DNA of 58,261 nucleotides from Candidatus Komeilibacteria bacterium (GTDB lineage Bacteria; Patescibacteriota; Patescibacteriia; UBA1558; UBA10009): NCBI GenBank assembly GCA_030688315.1, contig JAUYIT010000030.1, positions 1 to 58,261 of the forward strand, read 5' to 3'. Shown piece by piece: positions 55,889 to 58,261 of this stretch (position 1 is its first letter; each line of letters starts with the position of its first letter). The notes under the pieces were generated by a model. It saw only the letters and a program-made list of their open reading frames with translations, ran no database searches and was not told where the DNA came from. The position numbers and the translations under genes were made by a program.

Positions 55889-55986
55889 TTGACATAAATC
55901 GGAGTTAGTTTTATACTTTAAATAATTGAATATTAAGGGTCAAACAACCCGTAGCAATACGGACCTAGTTTGACCTTTATTTTTTT
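55889..55986 (+). promoter_or_regulatory. Promoter plus AAGGGTCA hairpin element, copy 3
   Basis: TTGACA-17-TATACT-TTAAATAATTGAATATT-AAGGGTCAAAC-AAC-CCGTA-GCAA-TACGG-ACCTA-GTTTGACCTTT, then T run. Confidence 0.7.
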
Positions 55987-56008
55987 ACCAAAATAAGCCA
56001 TAATTAAC

Positions 56009-56911
56009 ATGAAAAAAACAATAATTTTAGCCCTTTTAGCTCTTTTCATCATTACGCCCTTTAGCCAGGTTTTGGCTGTGGGAACAGACTACCGCTATAC
56101 CAGCAAGCCCTATGACGCCAATACCAACCTTTATTATTACGGCCAAAGGTATTACGATCCCATGTCCGGCCGTTTTACCCAGCCCGATCCGGTTTCCAAC
56201 AACCTCGCCAATCCGCAAAAGTTAAAGCAATCCACCGGTCAAGATTTACAACAATTTCTTCAAAATCCTCAAGCGTTTAATGAGTATAGTTATACCCAGA
56301 ATAATCCGATAAAGTATATTGACCCCGAGGGCGAATCAATTAGGCAAGTTATAAGGGGAGAGCAATCATTACCTGAATATCAGATTGAAATAGGTGAAGG
56401 CGCTGAGGTTCTTTACAATCAAGGAGGTGCTTGGAAAGCCGCGATGGATTATCCAGTTGTTACTGGAGCTACAGTTGGAATCGGCGGAGGTTTATTAGCA
56501 AAAGGCCTTGTCGTCGGGGTAGGGGTATTAAGAGGATTTGCAGCTTTAGCAGGTTTTTTGGGTGGTTCTAATTTTAATGTTTCGAAAGAATTTAGCAAAT
56601 TGAGTAAGATTGCAAGGGGTGCTTATGATATTGCTAAAAGTGGCGGCACAAATTATAAAATGATAGAAAATGCAAAAAAGCTCAAAATGACAGTTGAGCA
56701 GGTACAGCAGAGTATTAATAGCTTAGAACAAAAGGCCATTGAGCATTTGTATCGTATTAAGGATCCGTCAACCTATTCAAATTATCAAGAGTTTGCTTCT
56801 AAAACAGTAGAACAGCAGAAAATCTATTTGGGTAACTGGCACAAGCAGGCTGAAAACTTTTTAAAGCAAGCTGAGGTTTGGAAAGGGTATTTAAATGAGT
56901 TAACAAAATAA
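56009..56911 (+). CDS. Signal peptide + Rhs-associated core motif + C-terminal putative toxin domain
   Basis: MKKTIILALLALFII..VLA; YRYTSKPYD..LYYYGQRYYDPMSGRFTQPDP; YSYTQNNPIKYIDPEG; Gly-rich hydrophobic segment then helical tip. Confidence 0.85.
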   Translation: MKKTIILALLALFIITPFSQVLAVGTDYRYTSKPYDANTNLYYYGQRYYDPMSGRFTQPDPVSNNLANPQKLKQSTGQDLQQFLQNPQAFNEYSYTQNNPIKYIDPEGESIRQVIRGEQSLPEYQIEIGEGAEVLYNQGGAWKAAMDYPVVTGATVGIGGGLLAKGLVVGVGVLRGFAALAGFLGGSNFNVSKEFSKLSKIARGAYDIAKSGGTNYKMIENAKKLKMTVEQVQQSINSLEQKAIEHLYRIKDPSTYSNYQEFASKTVEQQKIYLGNWHKQAENFLKQAEVWKGYLNELTK

Positions 56912-56921
56912 TTTTTTATTT

Positions 56922-57395
56922 ATGGATTATCTTGGTAAGTTGTTACTACGAAAGGTATATTACCTTTCTATTAAAGATTTTAATGATTTATTTATTAAAG
57001 ATTTGCCTGATAAAAACTGGCTTGTTTTTGTCTTTTCAGATGAAAGAAGTCCATCTTTGTTAAATGAATTAGCCGAGGTATGTTTAACAAGGAGCGTTCT
57101 TTATGTATGTACATCTGGAAAGTCTAATCAGTTAATTCATGATATTTTTGATAAAGTTATTATTGAAAATAAAAATAATCCAAAAGTAGATAAAGATATT
57201 TTAACGACTTGGAATGAAAATTTTGAGGAAGAATTTTGGTTCGCTATCGTTGCGGCATACCATCCTTATAAGGATATTAATTCTGTTGTTTGTATTGATC
57301 TCGGTTTAAATAAAAAAGAAAAAATTAAAACATTGATTAATAAAATTAATTCAGGATGGCTACCTGAAAAAAATAAACATGTTAAAAAAGATTGA
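56922..57395 (+). CDS. Hypothetical protein, candidate immunity protein
   Basis: 10 nt downstream of the Rhs gene; AT-rich like the toxin tip. Confidence 0.55.
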   Translation: MDYLGKLLLRKVYYLSIKDFNDLFIKDLPDKNWLVFVFSDERSPSLLNELAEVCLTRSVLYVCTSGKSNQLIHDIFDKVIIENKNNPKVDKDILTTWNENFEEEFWFAIVAAYHPYKDINSVVCIDLGLNKKEKIKTLINKINSGWLPEKNKHVKKD

Positions 57396-57795
57396 TAAAT
57401 CAAAATTTCCTAAACCCGCGCAGCGTTGGTCATTTTCTGTTTTTTTCGTTTATCCGGTTTTTGTGATTGCCAACAAACTTTGGAAATTTTTGTATATTTA
57501 TCTAGCCGTTAATTTAATCAATTTTATCGCTTTGTTTTCCGGGTTGGATAAACACATAGTCAATTTGGTTTCCATTTTTACGTTTATTGTTTTGTTGTTT
57601 TTTACTATTTATCTGGTTATCTATGGTCGTGCTTTGGCCTGGCAAAAACTTGGCTATAAAGTTGATGAACAAGGTATAGCAAAGTTTAAATTCAGGCAAA
57701 GGTTCGTTTTGTATATTAATATAATTCTTATCGGTCTGTTGGTTATCTATTTTTGGTCCGGTCTGGAGTATGGTTATGTTATTAGCGGTCTATAA
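57379..57795 (+). CDS. Small polytopic membrane protein
   Basis: 3-4 hydrophobic segments; RWSFSVFF and GRALAWQK. Confidence 0.7.
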   Translation: MLKKIDKSKFPKPAQRWSFSVFFVYPVFVIANKLWKFLYIYLAVNLINFIALFSGLDKHIVNLVSIFTFIVLLFFTIYLVIYGRALAWQKLGYKVDEQGIAKFKFRQRFVLYINIILIGLLVIYFWSGLEYGYVISGL

Positions 57796-57812
57796 AATTT
57801 ATATCGGTGTTT

Positions 57813-57837
57813 AAAAGGGCTGAAAATCAGCCCTTTT
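57813..57837. terminator. Bidirectional terminator
   Basis: AAAAGGGCTGA-AAA-TCAGCCCTTTT. Confidence 0.75.
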
Positions 57838-57906
57838 GTGGTTGCTAGTCAAAACAATAATATTATTATATAATATATTCAGTTTAAATCAGTTAATTTA
57901 GGTAGT

Positions 57907-58261
57907 ATGACCATAAAATTCATTGCCACCATTGTTATTGCTTTGCTTAATATTTTTTTAGGTATATTTATCTATAAAAGGAATAGTCAAAATCCTGGTA
58001 ATATTAATTTTGCGGCAATGTGCGTAAGTGGCGGACTATGGGCTGTTTTTATGGCTTTTTTATATTTTATTGATAGTAATCAAATTTTGAACTACATGTT
58101 AAAGGGAACTTACGCCTTTGCGATTTTTGTCCCATTGTTTTATTTATTATTTGCTTACCATTATCCGTATAGATTGTGGAATTATCCGCCCTTCCTTATT
58201 AGAGCAATTATCGCGATAACATTAATATTAGAAATTTGTTTTCTTAGTGGATTTTTGAATT
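57907..58261 (+). CDS. Second 7TM receptor-like membrane protein (3' truncated by window edge)
   Basis: MTIKFIATIVIALLNIFLGIFIYKRNSQNPGNINF..LW..FAYHYPY aligns by eye with 52767-53438. Confidence 0.72.
   Translation, partial: MTIKFIATIVIALLNIFLGIFIYKRNSQNPGNINFAAMCVSGGLWAVFMAFLYFIDSNQILNYMLKGTYAFAIFVPLFYLLFAYHYPYRLWNYPPFLIRAIIAITLILEICFLSGFLN

Noticed and set aside
1-58261. CRISPR array, cas genes, rRNA, integrase or transposase
   Set aside because: No regularly spaced repeats and no ORF with the relevant motifs were seen.
1-58261. Alternative genetic code (TGA=Gly, code 25)
   Set aside because: Conserved genes such as gap and tmk end at TGA at their expected lengths, and long ORFs are uninterrupted under code 11.

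Overview
Bacterial chromosome segment read with genetic code 11 (TGA used as stop). Gene content and the mostly SD-less, AT-rich starts point to Patescibacteria/CPR (Parcubacteria-like); this is an inference. The housekeeping backbone is nusG-rplK-rplA, a dTMP cluster (dCMP deaminase, dut, folA, thyA, tmk), gatB, tRNA-Arg(CCG), miaA, thrS with a compact T-box, dnaE, rodA, rplY, prmC-prfA-rpmE and rpsB-tsf-pyrH-gap, interleaved with accessory cassettes. Several notable features are absent from the supplied ORF track. (1) A RiPP-like cluster: a 47-aa precursor with a (Asp-Cys)5 core, a HExxH metallopeptidase-like gene, and a radical SAM/SPASM enzyme with a probable C-terminal RRE. (2) Leader-peptide attenuators for His, Trp, Pro and possibly Asn; the His and Trp modules follow TrpR-family repressor genes but precede non-biosynthetic genes. 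(3) A promoter plus covarying hairpin present three times, before the RiPP, Rhs and HTH cassettes. Also notable are a signal-peptide mini-Rhs toxin, a sulfotransferase-FGE-HAD fusion with cysC, a vWA/kinase operon, a 1603-aa phosphoesterase-tipped protein, and REP-like palindromes, two of them inside coding frames. All family assignments come from motif recognition by eye; no searches were run.
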